Shown: in pieces, positions 52,543 to 61,468 of the stretch
Layout: each line of letters begins with the position of its first letter
Numbering within the stretch: position 1 is the stretch's first letter
From: an uncultured Gammaproteobacteria bacterium
GTDB taxonomy: Bacteria; Pseudomonadota; Gammaproteobacteria; GCA-001735895
NCBI GenBank assembly: GCA_964480635.1
Contig: CAYZQE010000002.1
Location: forward strand, 11,101-75,100
Direction of reading: 5' to 3'
DNA length: 64,000 nucleotides
Position numbers and translations under genes: made by a program
Notes under the pieces: generated by a model
The model's database searches: none
What the model was told of the DNA's origin: nothing
What the model saw: the letters and a program-made list of their open reading frames with translations, nothing else

Positions 52543-53181
52543 TTAGTTTTTGTCATCTTTGAATTCAATAGCCCAATGACTACCGTCACAAAATGGCTTG
52601 TTTTTTGACGCTCCACAGCGGCATAAGGCCGCTTGATTTTTTGCCGCACCTTCGCCCGACTTGGTATCAACTAACGCGATATCACCTGAAACAACATAGG
52701 GGCCATTAGGAGCAACCATGACAGCAGAGTTGGCATTGGCTTTGACATTATCATCGTCTTTTTTAAGGGTGTAACTCAAAGCCCCTGAAGGACATTTGTT
52801 GGTAATATGGGTGATTTCTTCGATGGATGCGGCATCAGCATCAACAAAAGGCTCTTGTTTTAGTCGAAAGACAGCGGCTAAGTTATCGGTACACACCCCT
52901 GAGTGAGCACAGATACTGCGGTTGTCGAATATGGTTATTTCTGCACCGCTATAGCTGTCTATTTTGTCCTCTAAACGCCCTTCAATTTTAGCTGAATTAA
53001 ACCCAATGGTTTGGTGAGACCCATCACAAAATGGCTTGTTTTTTGAAGCGCCGCAACGACATAAGGCGAGTGTTTCATCAGCGTCTATTAGACCCTTTAT
53101 ATTAAATAGCTTATCTACATTTTTGACGATGTAAGGCCCATTTGGCATGGGTGTTATAGTTGTTTTTGTAGCTGAACTCAT
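52543..53181 (-). CDS. Tandem CDGSH iron-sulfur domain protein (mitoNEET-like)
   Basis: Two copies of C-x-C-x2-S-x3-P-x-C-D-G-S-H (LALCRCGASKNKPFCDGSHQ and ALCRCGASKNKPFCDGSHW). Confidence 0.75.
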   Translation of the reverse strand: MSSATKTTITPMPNGPYIVKNVDKLFNIKGLIDADETLALCRCGASKNKPFCDGSHQTIGFNSAKIEGRLEDKIDSYSGAEITIFDNRSICAHSGVCTDNLAAVFRLKQEPFVDADAASIEEITHITNKCPSGALSYTLKKDDDNVKANANSAVMVAPNGPYVVSGDIALVDTKSGEGAAKNQAALCRCGASKNKPFCDGSHWAIEFKDDKN

Positions 53182-53228
53182 TTTAATCCCTCTTTTGTTG
53201 ATGTTTTTATTGAGTGCCTAAAAAGGCC

Positions 53229-53816
53229 TTATATTTTTTCTGCAAAAGCCTGCACCACAGCTCCTGTGCCGTTATGACATTCACCCTCGTGTATGTTGCG
53301 TATCTTTTCTTCCAAACTAATAAAATTAAGGCCATTAAATTCACGATTAAGAATATCACTATCCATCATCATAGCTGCATTCGGTGGGCCACCTGTTTGA
53401 TAGGTTAATTGTTGCGGTGTATAGGCCTCAAGTAATAACAAACCTTTATGACGAAGACCTGCCACACAATTGTTATGCACTTTTTCACGCAAGGGTGGCG
53501 GTAAATGGCAAAAAATTAAGATAATGGCATCCCATTGCTCTATGCCAATATCATATTCGGCAAGATCAGCATGAATGGTGGTTATCTTTACATCATTATT
53601 TTTTGCTAACAATTGCGCTTTTTTAAGGCCAACGGCTGATAAATCAACAGCAGTCACATCATGGCCTTGTTGTGCTAACCAAACAGCGTTTCTACCTTCG
53701 CCTTCAGCGAGACAAAGCACTTTACCAATAGGCAGTTCACTACCCATCGACACTAAAAAATCATTCGCTTTAGTACCATAGGCATATGTTTCACCGCTGT
53801 ATCGTTTATCCCACAT
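53229..53816 (-). CDS. Class I SAM-dependent methyltransferase, TehB/TPMT-like
   Basis: Motif I VLCLAEGEGRNAVWLAQQGHDVTAVDLS is similar to the TehB VLDLGCGNGRN... region. 195 aa. Confidence 0.6.
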   Translation of the reverse strand: MWDKRYSGETYAYGTKANDFLVSMGSELPIGKVLCLAEGEGRNAVWLAQQGHDVTAVDLSAVGLKKAQLLAKNNDVKITTIHADLAEYDIGIEQWDAIILIFCHLPPPLREKVHNNCVAGLRHKGLLLLEAYTPQQLTYQTGGPPNAAMMMDSDILNREFNGLNFISLEEKIRNIHEGECHNGTGAVVQAFAEKI

Positions 53817-53828
53817 TTTAGTCTCCTT

Positions 53829-54090
53829 AAGGAAATCCTGATTAACTCCATAATTTTTATCTAAGCCAAATTATTGTCAGCTAGGCATCGGATTGTAGTG
53901 TCATCTAGATACCACAAAATTCGATAACAACGCTGACGATCATTTGGCAACGACCCGTAGGGCGATCTATCAAGCCATTCTCTCCGTCGTTCCAACTTTC
54001 ACTAAGGACTCGTCATTAGTTTCAAGTTGCGCCTAGGATAGAACGGCTTGATAGATCGTAAAAGTTTATGGAGTTAATCAGGATTTCCTT
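53829..54090. mobile_element. MITE-like element copy A (262 bp) with perfect 25-bp terminal inverted repeats AAGGAAATCCTGATTAACTCCATAA
   Basis: Left TIR 53829-53853 and right TIR 54066-54090 are exact reverse complements. The interior is shared with copies at 54835-55145 and 19845-20050 (TTTTTATCTAAGCCAAA..., GGCAACGACCCGTAGGG..., internal 19-bp inverted repeat CGATCTATCAAGCCATTCT/AGAACGGCTTGATAGATCG). No ORF. Confidence 0.7.
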
Positions 54091-54104
54091 AAGAGTGTTC
54101 AAAA

Positions 54105-54488
54105 TTATTTAATGACTCGAAAAAAACCGATTTGGCGAATCGCAATTGCGGTGAAAAGCATGGCGATTATCCATAAAACTGGCCCAACAATACCAGGGAA
54201 CAAAGGAAAATGTTCTGGTACCAGTATATGAACGATATATCCAATATCTGAAATAGCTGCAATACTCAGATTAAGCCAAAAGCCAAGACGACTATTCTTC
54301 CAATTGAGCATTATGGCAATAATGCTCACCGCAATCGCGATGAATAGTAGATTCCAAGCATCCTGATAGACTCTGCCTTGAACAATTCCTGGTTCTAATA
54401 ACAACCCTAGCTGATAAGTTGCTATAGCTGCTTTTACATGTACCAAGCCCCAAAGCAGATAGAGTACAGAGCCTATTTTATGCATCAT
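54105..54488 (-). CDS. Hypothetical 4-TM membrane protein
   Basis: 127 aa, four hydrophobic helices. Flanked by MITE-like copies A and B. Confidence 0.4.
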   Translation of the reverse strand: MMHKIGSVLYLLWGLVHVKAAIATYQLGLLLEPGIVQGRVYQDAWNLLFIAIAVSIIAIMLNWKNSRLGFWLNLSIAAISDIGYIVHILVPEHFPLFPGIVGPVLWIIAMLFTAIAIRQIGFFRVIK

Positions 54489-54498
54489 GTCTTAATCC

Positions 54499-55802
54499 TC
54501 AGTCGACTCGAAGTGCCATGATGATTTTATAGCAATGATCTTTCGTCCAGATATCTACGCCACCTAATCTTTTAGTCCACTTAGGTTCAGTTAAGCTTGC
54601 GCACTTTAACGAGACGGCATTTAAATAGGTATCAAACAACAGTGAGGTATTTTCAAAACCGACTTTACCAGCAATTTCATAAAAACTGACTGTCTGTAGT
54701 GCTTTGCCAGCATTGGTTTGAATATCGAACATATACTGTTTTTGAACTTCAACATCATCACGTGTTGCTAGTCTGCCCCAATGACCTGATACCAAGGTGT
54801 TAAAATCATAAGATAAAATCACATCATGAGACTTAAGGATGCTCTGATTAAGTCCATAATTTTTATCTAAGCCAAATTTTACTCAGCTAGGCGTAGCATT
54901 GCAACGTCATCTAGATACCGTAAAATGCTAGAACGACGCTGGGTGAAATTTGGCAACGACCCGTAGGGAAGCCACATGGATGTGGTGAATGTCGATAATG
55001 CAGGAGCATTTATCGACCTAGCTATCAAGCCATTCTATCCGTCGTTCCAACTTTTACTAAGGACTTGTCATTAGCTTCAAGTTGCGCCTAGTATAGAACG
55101 GCTTGATAGCTCGTAAAATTTTATGGACTTAATCAGAGCATCCTTCATAAAGCCGATGCTATCTTCTGCTATGGCTAGACCTTTAAAGGGTGTCCAGCCA
55201 GGGAAAACAATATCAACCTTCATTAATACTTTTTGTTTTGGCGCATATACATAAATATTGCCCGGCTCATGATCATCGCCTTTATATTCAAGTTTTAAGG
55301 TTTGATTGCCGACGTTTAAAGTATAGTTGTCTTCAAAAGTAACAGTCGGCATTGGTACTGGTTTGCCACCAACAAACATGCCATAAGGAAAAGGCCTGTC
55401 CTTATCATTCATGCGCTCTAAACGATGTTTAGTTTGTACATGAGCAATGTATGTTGCATTTTTAGGAAAAAGATATGCCCCGCCGATATGGTCGGCATGA
55501 GCATGGCTATAAACAACATGAGTAATCGGCTCATCGGTTACCTCTGCAATCGCTTTTAGCATTTTGTCACCAAATGAAGGCGGTGCATCAACGACAATAA
55601 CGCCCTGCCCTGTGGTTAAAAACATGGCGGTATACGCACCTTCTGTTACCCAATACAGACCGTTATTAATTTCTTTTACGGCATAACCTTTATCTTGTGA
55701 AATAGGCACACCTTTGGCTATATCTGGAACGGGGGCGACGGCATAGGCTAATGAATGGCTCATTAAAAATGATAAAGCCAGTAAAATTACTTTTGTGGAC
55801 AC
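54499..55802 (-). pseudogene. MBL-fold metallo-hydrolase (subclass B3-like beta-lactamase family) split by insertion of MITE-like copy B
   Basis: N-terminal part (55802->55146) has a signal peptide and the B3-type zinc motif YSHAHADHIGG. It reads into the element TIR (…GFM then KDALIKSIKF… encoded by the element) and terminates there. The remaining C-terminal fold (…DVILSYDFNTLVSGHWGRL…) resumes in another ORF immediately after the element (54834 downward, GTG-initiated in the track). Confidence 0.65.
54835..55145. mobile_element. MITE-like element copy B (311 bp) with perfect 25-bp TIRs AAGGATGCTCTGATTAAGTCCATAA, inserted in the MBL-fold gene
   Basis: Left TIR 54835-54859 and right TIR 55121-55145 are exact reverse complements. 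No coding capacity. 311 is not a multiple of 3. The interrupted host gene is continuous in similarity on both sides. Confidence 0.75.
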
Positions 55803-55900
55803 TTTGTCTCTCCTTTAAAATTGAAAATAAAGTCTATTGTTTTATTTAAAAGACATATACTGCCTAACTGGCAACTCATTGTTTCCTTGGAGAGACCAAT

Positions 55901-56785
55901 ATGAACATACTTACGATGATGGAAACATTCGCCACTGTGGTAGACACAAACAGCTTTACTGCAGCCGCTGATCGACTTCAATTATCAAAATCGTTTGTTA
56001 GTAAACAAGTGTCTCAACTTGAAGCCGAGCTGGGGACACGCTTGATCCACCGTACAACACGTAAATTAAGCCTGACAGAAGAAGGTGCGATTTTTTATAA
56101 ACATTGCCAGCTCATTATTTCGGAGGCAGAAAATGCTAAAGCTGAAATTCTTGAAAGCCAAAGCTGTCCGCGCGGAAAAATTAAAATTACCTTACCGCAA
56201 AGCTTAATTATTGCTGGGGCCGGTGAAACACTGGTTAAATTTCAACAAACTTATCAAGAGGTTGAGTTAGATGTCATCGTTGGAGGGTCATTTTTAGATT
56301 TAATCGATAACGGCATTGATTTAGCAATAAGGATAGGCCAGTTGGAAGATTCAACCCTAATTTGTCGTAAACTTAGGGCATGTTTTTATCATGTTGTTGC
56401 TTCTCCAGACTATATAAAAAAGCATGGTTCACCGCAAAAGCCGATGGATCTTAAGGCACATAATTGTTTGATTTATGGGAAATCGGATGAAGCTAGCCTT
56501 TGGTCATTTCGTACAGAAAATAACGAAACCACAACGTTAAAGGCTAAAGGTAATTTAAGCACAGACGATGGTTTATTAATTGTTGATGCGGTGCGGGCTG
56601 GCATGGGGGTTGCCTTTGGACCCAATTTTTTATTCAATAAACACATAGAGTCGGGTGCTCTGAGCCTTTTGTTACCGACGTATGTGCAGCCCACAGGAGT
56701 ATTCGTAATTTATCCTGCCAACCGAAATCTTCCACAAAGAGTTAGAGTGCTGATAGACTTCCTTAAAGAACATTTATCTTTTTAA
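55901..56785 (+). CDS. LysR-family transcriptional regulator, divergent from the MBL-fold gene
   Basis: N-terminal HTH (FTAAADRLQLSKSFVSKQVSQLEAELGTRLIHRTTRKLSLTEEG) and LysR substrate-binding domain. 98-bp divergent spacer. Confidence 0.85.
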   Translation: MNILTMMETFATVVDTNSFTAAADRLQLSKSFVSKQVSQLEAELGTRLIHRTTRKLSLTEEGAIFYKHCQLIISEAENAKAEILESQSCPRGKIKITLPQSLIIAGAGETLVKFQQTYQEVELDVIVGGSFLDLIDNGIDLAIRIGQLEDSTLICRKLRACFYHVVASPDYIKKHGSPQKPMDLKAHNCLIYGKSDEASLWSFRTENNETTTLKAKGNLSTDDGLLIVDAVRAGMGVAFGPNFLFNKHIESGALSLLLPTYVQPTGVFVIYPANRNLPQRVRVLIDFLKEHLSF

Positions 56786-57774
56786 AAATTAGCCGTCATT
56801 CTTTTAAGTGGCGCTTGTTGAAGCTCGGAAAATTGCTCTCGTAATTCAAGGATATGCTCGCCCCAGTAGTTTTCTGTATTGAACCAAGGAAAGGCCATTG
56901 GAAAAGCGGGGTCAGCCCACCTTTTTGCAAGCCATGCGGCATAGTGCATCATTCTTAACGTTCGCAGCGCCTCAATAAGAACCAGTTCAGCATCGTTGAA
57001 TTCATAAAACTGTTCATAGCCTTCTAATATAACGTCTAATTGAAGCTCTCTGTCTTTACGCTCTCCACTTAGCAGCATCCATAGGTCTTGAATAGCGGGG
57101 CCTGAACGGCAATCGTCAAAATCGACAAAAGTGGGTTTATCATCGTGCCACAAAATATTCCCGGGATGGCAATCGCCATGCAAACGAATCGAACAATAAT
57201 CGACTTGTTCAAAAATGGAGATCATTAAATTAATGAGGTCTTGGCTCAGGCTCTCATATGCAGGCAGTAAAGATTTAGGGATGAAATTGTTATTGATTAA
57301 GAATTCACGGCTTTTAATGCCATAGCTTAAAATAGTTAATTCAGGCCTGTAAATAAAAGGACGCTCAGCGCTGATAGCGTGAAGTCGCCCTAAACTACGG
57401 CCTAAAACTAAAAGGGTATCTAAGTCGTCCAGTTCTGGGGCATGTCCACCCGCGCGTTCAAACAAAGTGAAAAGGAAGCCTTCATGTTGATGTAAAGAGT
57501 CCGCTTTTGCTTGTTTTATTGGAGGGACTAATGGCCATTCGGCATCAGCCAATTCAAAACAAAACTGATGTTCTTCTGATATTTGATCTTTAGACCAGCG
57601 ATCAGGTCTGTAAAACTTAGCAACAAGAGGTTTTTGGTCTTCAATGCCTATTTGATACACCCTATTCTCATAACTATTTAGAGTATTTATTCGACCATCG
57701 CACTGATACCCTAATGATTCTACTGCATCAAGGATATGCTCTGGTTTCAATTTACTGTAAGGATGCGCGTTCAT
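56782..57774 (-). CDS. srkA: Stress-response Ser/Thr kinase SrkA (YihE)
   Basis: Collinear with E. coli YihE: LNSYENRVYQ, RLHGDCHPGNILW, FVDFDDCRSGPAIQDLWMLL, RWADPAFP. Confidence 0.8.
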   Translation of the reverse strand: MNAHPYSKLKPEHILDAVESLGYQCDGRINTLNSYENRVYQIGIEDQKPLVAKFYRPDRWSKDQISEEHQFCFELADAEWPLVPPIKQAKADSLHQHEGFLFTLFERAGGHAPELDDLDTLLVLGRSLGRLHAISAERPFIYRPELTILSYGIKSREFLINNNFIPKSLLPAYESLSQDLINLMISIFEQVDYCSIRLHGDCHPGNILWHDDKPTFVDFDDCRSGPAIQDLWMLLSGERKDRELQLDVILEGYEQFYEFNDAELVLIEALRTLRMMHYAAWLAKRWADPAFPMAFPWFNTENYWGEHILELREQFSELQQAPLKRMTANF

Positions 57775-57921
57775 TTATTTAATAGAGTTTTTAAAAACCA
57801 AAAGTTAGTACAACATTAATGATAAAAAGCGGAATAGGGTTTCTTATCTTACCATCATACCGATTAACCTGCTTGTCGATGGTCGGTTATCAGATGAAAT
57901 AATGGGCTCTTAACTTAGCGC

Positions 57922-58596
57922 TTAAAACTCACCCCAAGAATCATTCTTTTTCCATTTAATGCGCGTGACAATGATGCCAATTAAAAAAGCGAGTAAAGAC
58001 ACGCCAGAACCTCTAATAAACCAATCCATAGCAGTGCTGTCTTTATAGCTATTATTTTCGGCTAATAACTGCGCTTTATCTGTTTCAAGTTGAAAGATAA
58101 GAGTTTGTTGGTCTTTGTTTTGTTCAATAATCGCAATCGTATTTCTTGTTGCTGATTTTAGTTGCTCTAATTCTTCGGCAGTATCTATTAGTTGAGTAGT
58201 TAATGATTTTGCTTGAGAGTCCGTGTTGCTATTGATTTGATTTAATTCTTTTAATTCAGACCTTAATGCCTTAATGGTTTCATTTTGTTTTTTACTTTTA
58301 ATGTCAAGTGTTGAAAACTGTTCGCGCCCTGATGGCAAGGTGTCGAGAAAACGAGTCAGTACATAACCTTGTTTACCCTTTGAAGTTTCAACCAGAGAGT
58401 ATTTAGTGGCGTCATCGTGCTCAATAAACTTAACGGCTTCGCCACTTTTTAGCATGGTTAAAATACTGTTTGTTGTGCTGGTGCCAGTTCGTAAAGTTAC
58501 TTTAAATTCATCGGTAATATAGCGCGTCTCTGCCCAGCTAAGAGAAGATGATGATAATGCAGCTAAGATGATTATTTTTAAAATTGAGAATTTCAT
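57922..58596 (-). CDS. SH3 domain protein, YgiM/TIGR04211-like (signal peptide, SH3b, coiled coil, C-terminal TM)
   Basis: MKFSILKIIILAALSSSSLSWA signal, SH3b-like YITDEFKVTLRTGTS...GYVLTRFL, long coiled coil, C-terminal GVSLLAFLIGIIVTRIKW. Confidence 0.6.
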   Translation of the reverse strand: MKFSILKIIILAALSSSSLSWAETRYITDEFKVTLRTGTSTTNSILTMLKSGEAVKFIEHDDATKYSLVETSKGKQGYVLTRFLDTLPSGREQFSTLDIKSKKQNETIKALRSELKELNQINSNTDSQAKSLTTQLIDTAEELEQLKSATRNTIAIIEQNKDQQTLIFQLETDKAQLLAENNSYKDSTAMDWFIRGSGVSLLAFLIGIIVTRIKWKKNDSWGEF

Positions 58597-58847
58597 AAGA
58601 GTCAGTTAAATTAAGTTGTGAAGTGCCATTATTTTATTAATAACAGGAATTTAATTTATTCAGTGCGTTGATAAATGGTGGGATAGAGCCGTGAATATAG
58701 CTTTGCATAAGAGAAAAAATAATAACAACGGGTTCAATTTTTCTTTATATTTAGAGCTATATTAGAATATTAACATAATCTTAAAATATGATGAAGAAAT
58801 TTATGTCGACCTCTATCGTTGGCGTAAATGAGAAGAAAAACACCGAT

Positions 58848-59231
58848 TTATTTCTCAGTTAATAATTCTATTTGGTAACCATCTGGGTCTTCAACAAAAG
58901 CAATGACTGTTTGTCCTGCATTCATCGGCCCCGCTTCGCGTAAAATTTTACCCCCCATCGCTTTGATTGATGCGACGGCTTTATAAACATCGTCAACAGC
59001 AATGGCAATGTGGCCAAAACCATTGCCTATATCATAGCTGCTTGTGTCCCAATTAAAAGTAAGTTCAAGAGCGGCCTGCTCTTTTTCATCACCATAACCC
59101 AAGAACGTATTGGTAAATTTGCCATCAGGGTATTCTTTTTGGCGTAGCACGGTCATGCCTAAAATATCGGTATAAAAAGAAATGGATTGTTGTAAATTGC
59201 CAACTCGTAGCATGGTGTGAAGAATTCTCAT
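58848..59231 (-). CDS. gloA: Lactoylglutathione lyase (glyoxalase I)
   Basis: MRILHTMLRVGNLQQSISFYTDILGM...GHIAIAVDDVYKA...IELLE. Canonical 127-aa GloA. Confidence 0.9.
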   Translation of the reverse strand: MRILHTMLRVGNLQQSISFYTDILGMTVLRQKEYPDGKFTNTFLGYGDEKEQAALELTFNWDTSSYDIGNGFGHIAIAVDDVYKAVASIKAMGGKILREAGPMNAGQTVIAFVEDPDGYQIELLTEK

Positions 59232-59460
59232 TTTGACCGTCTTTATATCGTGTTAGTTAAGGAGACATTGAACAAGTCCAATAATTTTGAACTTGCTAAA
59301 ACTGCCGATATTTTCACCGAAAATCGCAGCAATAGAGCGACTATTACGACTCATTTCGACGAAAATAGCGACAGTTTTTTCTGCGCTCAAATTTTATTAA
59401 CTTAATCAAAGGCTCCTTAATGTTACATTATGACGGATAATTTTAAAGAGAGAGAGAAAA

Positions 59461-59694
59461 ATGAAAAAATTTGTGTTAATTACTTTATTGATGGTTTCAT
59501 CTAATGTTGTTGCAGGGACTTGGGATGTACTTTCTGGTTTTATTAAAGATTCAGTTGAGCCTGTTGCTTATGTGGTTGAAACATCAGGTTCTAATTTGCG
59601 TGTTTATGAGTGGGAAACGCCAACGGGTAAGGTGTGCACCTCTGTTATTTCTAGTCTAGGGATTGCTATGGATTGTGATTGGAAAAGAAAATAG
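59461..59694 (+). CDS. Small secreted hypothetical protein
   Basis: 77 aa with signal peptide and 2 Cys. Followed at 59716-59733 by a perfect 8-bp stem hairpin (gagctttt tt aaaagctc). Confidence 0.35.
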   Translation: MKKFVLITLLMVSSNVVAGTWDVLSGFIKDSVEPVAYVVETSGSNLRVYEWETPTGKVCTSVISSLGIAMDCDWKRK

Positions 59695-59834
59695 CAGGCT
59701 ATCAACGTAGCTAGAGCTTTTTTAAAAGCTCGTATAATTTGTTTTATTGTAAAAACCACTAGGGTTTACTGTGACCACTGGTTATTGAAAATGCTCTGCT
59801 ATACTTGCCATGTCTCTTCACTAAAACAATTAAA

Positions 59835-60704
59835 ATGACGCCATTAGAGAAATTATTATCGCAATCAACAGAGCTGCCTTCGCTTCCTGAAATTTATATT
59901 AGAGTGTCAGAACTGTTGGAATCAGATCATTCTTCGGCCAATGAAATTGGTGAGGCAGTTCAAACCGACCCTTCATTAACATCAAAAATCTTAAAAATGC
60001 TTAATAGTGCTTACTATGGCTTACCTAGTGAGGTGACGTCAATATCGCAAGCAGTTTCATTATTAGGGCGTCAGCAGTTAAAGCAACTGTTAATGGGCTC
60101 AGTGTTAGCGGGTTTATTTAAAGATATGAATCACGCGAGCTTTTCAATGCGTGAATTTTGGCAACATAGCATTAAAACAGCCATCATTGCTAGGCATTTG
60201 GCGCTGCAAAATGCCAGTGTTATTGATCATGACGCCTTTTTTACAGCAGGCTTATTGCATGATATCGGTCGTTTAGTGATTGTCAGTGAATTGCCTGACT
60301 CACTGAGCGATGTAGAGCAACTGATGATTGATGCTGGTATAGATACCGTGATGGCTGAAAATAAAATTTTGGGGTTCACGCATATGGACGTTAGTCGAGA
60401 AATCATGAAGAACTGGAAATTGCCAAGTATGTTGGTTCAATGTGCACTAAAGCATCATGACACTGAGCATGAAGGCCCCTTTGCTATAGATACTTGCATC
60501 GTTTATGTCGCCAATATGCTCAGTGAAAAGGAGCTACCTGAAGAAGAAAGTGACGTCGCAGTGATTTTAGAAGGTATTGAAAATTGGCAACAAACCAAAT
60601 GTACACTCGATCAGATTACAGCGGCATGCCAATTGGCACAAGAACAGGCACATGACGTTATGGAATCATTAGGCATGGTTGATATAGAGATAAGCGAAGA
60701 ATAA
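59835..60704 (+). CDS. HDOD-domain signalling protein
   Basis: LPSLPEIYIRVSELLE N-terminus typical of HDOD proteins. Degenerate HD fold (GLLHDIGRLVI). Start chosen at MTPLEKLL (59835), whereas the ORF track allows 59805. Confidence 0.65.
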   Translation: MTPLEKLLSQSTELPSLPEIYIRVSELLESDHSSANEIGEAVQTDPSLTSKILKMLNSAYYGLPSEVTSISQAVSLLGRQQLKQLLMGSVLAGLFKDMNHASFSMREFWQHSIKTAIIARHLALQNASVIDHDAFFTAGLLHDIGRLVIVSELPDSLSDVEQLMIDAGIDTVMAENKILGFTHMDVSREIMKNWKLPSMLVQCALKHHDTEHEGPFAIDTCIVYVANMLSEKELPEEESDVAVILEGIENWQQTKCTLDQITAACQLAQEQAHDVMESLGMVDIEISEE

Positions 60705-60988
60705 AATACTTAAGTTTATTTAATTTGAAGGCTATAAAGACCGCTTATCCGAGATAGATTGTCATCTATCTTCAAATACTAGCCTGAACTCACTTCTGAA
60801 CTATACTGCAAAAAACTATCCCTTGGCTTTACAATATTGGACTTGCTCAGAGGCTCCTTTAGGGGTTGCCGCAATAATAGCGTCTGTGGCAGTACCAAAT
60901 ATGCAAGACTTTGTTGAAGAGGAGATGAACATGCCAAAGTACTTAGTATCTCAAGAATGGGGCGTGTTCGCCGTTCAGGTACGGCATC

Positions 60989-61468
60989 ATGCTAAAAAAT
61001 AAACATCTTGAATTGGGAATGTCAATAATTGAGGCAATGATTGCTTTAGTGATTATATCGGTTGGATTATTGGGTATTGCGGCGTTACAAATTGTTGCAT
61101 TACAACAAAGCGCAAGTAGTCAATGGCATAGTAAAGCGGTGTGGTACAGCTATGAAATGAGTGATCGTATTTTGGCAAATGAAACACAATTTGCAAATTA
61201 TTCAGGTATTGATACGTTAAATGATTATTCACAAGACTGCCAAAGTAATGCGTGTTCAACCGCAGGGTTAAGAATTTCGGATGCTGCTGACTGGAAGCAG
61301 CGGGTATCAGATTTGCCCAGTGGGCAGGGCATTATAACTTCTTCTGCAGCAGCTCAGTTAACGGTGACTGTCATGTGGGACGATGAAGGTACTGGGGCTT
61401 CTGGCACTGGTTGTTCGGCCAATCATGATGTCGATCTTACTTGCTATAGTGTGACGATAGTACAGTGA
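60989..61468 (+). CDS. pilV: Type IV pilus minor pilin PilV
   Basis: Prepilin leader ...HLELG|MSIIEAMIALVIISVGLLGIAALQ is collinear with the P. aeruginosa PilV N-terminus. Confidence 0.75.
   Translation: MLKNKHLELGMSIIEAMIALVIISVGLLGIAALQIVALQQSASSQWHSKAVWYSYEMSDRILANETQFANYSGIDTLNDYSQDCQSNACSTAGLRISDAADWKQRVSDLPSGQGIITSSAAAQLTVTVMWDDEGTGASGTGCSANHDVDLTCYSVTIVQ

Noticed and set aside
52479-52670. 63-aa ORF overlapping the CDGSH gene, and numerous antisense ORFs in the track (e.g. 424-627, 2028-2243, 8203-8550, 11213-11794, 43588-43985, 50308-50583)
   Set aside because: They lie antisense or out of frame within well-supported genes with no motifs of their own. They are typical shadow ORFs in A+T-rich DNA.
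53829-55145. Repeats as integron attC sites or CRISPR-like array
   Set aside because: No integrase or cas genes. Units are 260-310 bp with terminal inverted (not direct) repeats and are dispersed, not regularly spaced.
59217-59405. 62-aa ORF upstream of gloA
   Set aside because: Overlaps the gloA start codon region on the opposite strand. Lies in the gloA promoter/5' region with no supporting features.
60880-60900. Possible sigma-54 promoter TGGCAG-N-TATGCA upstream of pilV
   Set aside because: GG-to-GC spacing is ~13 nt, not the required 10, so it does not fit the -24/-12 consensus.
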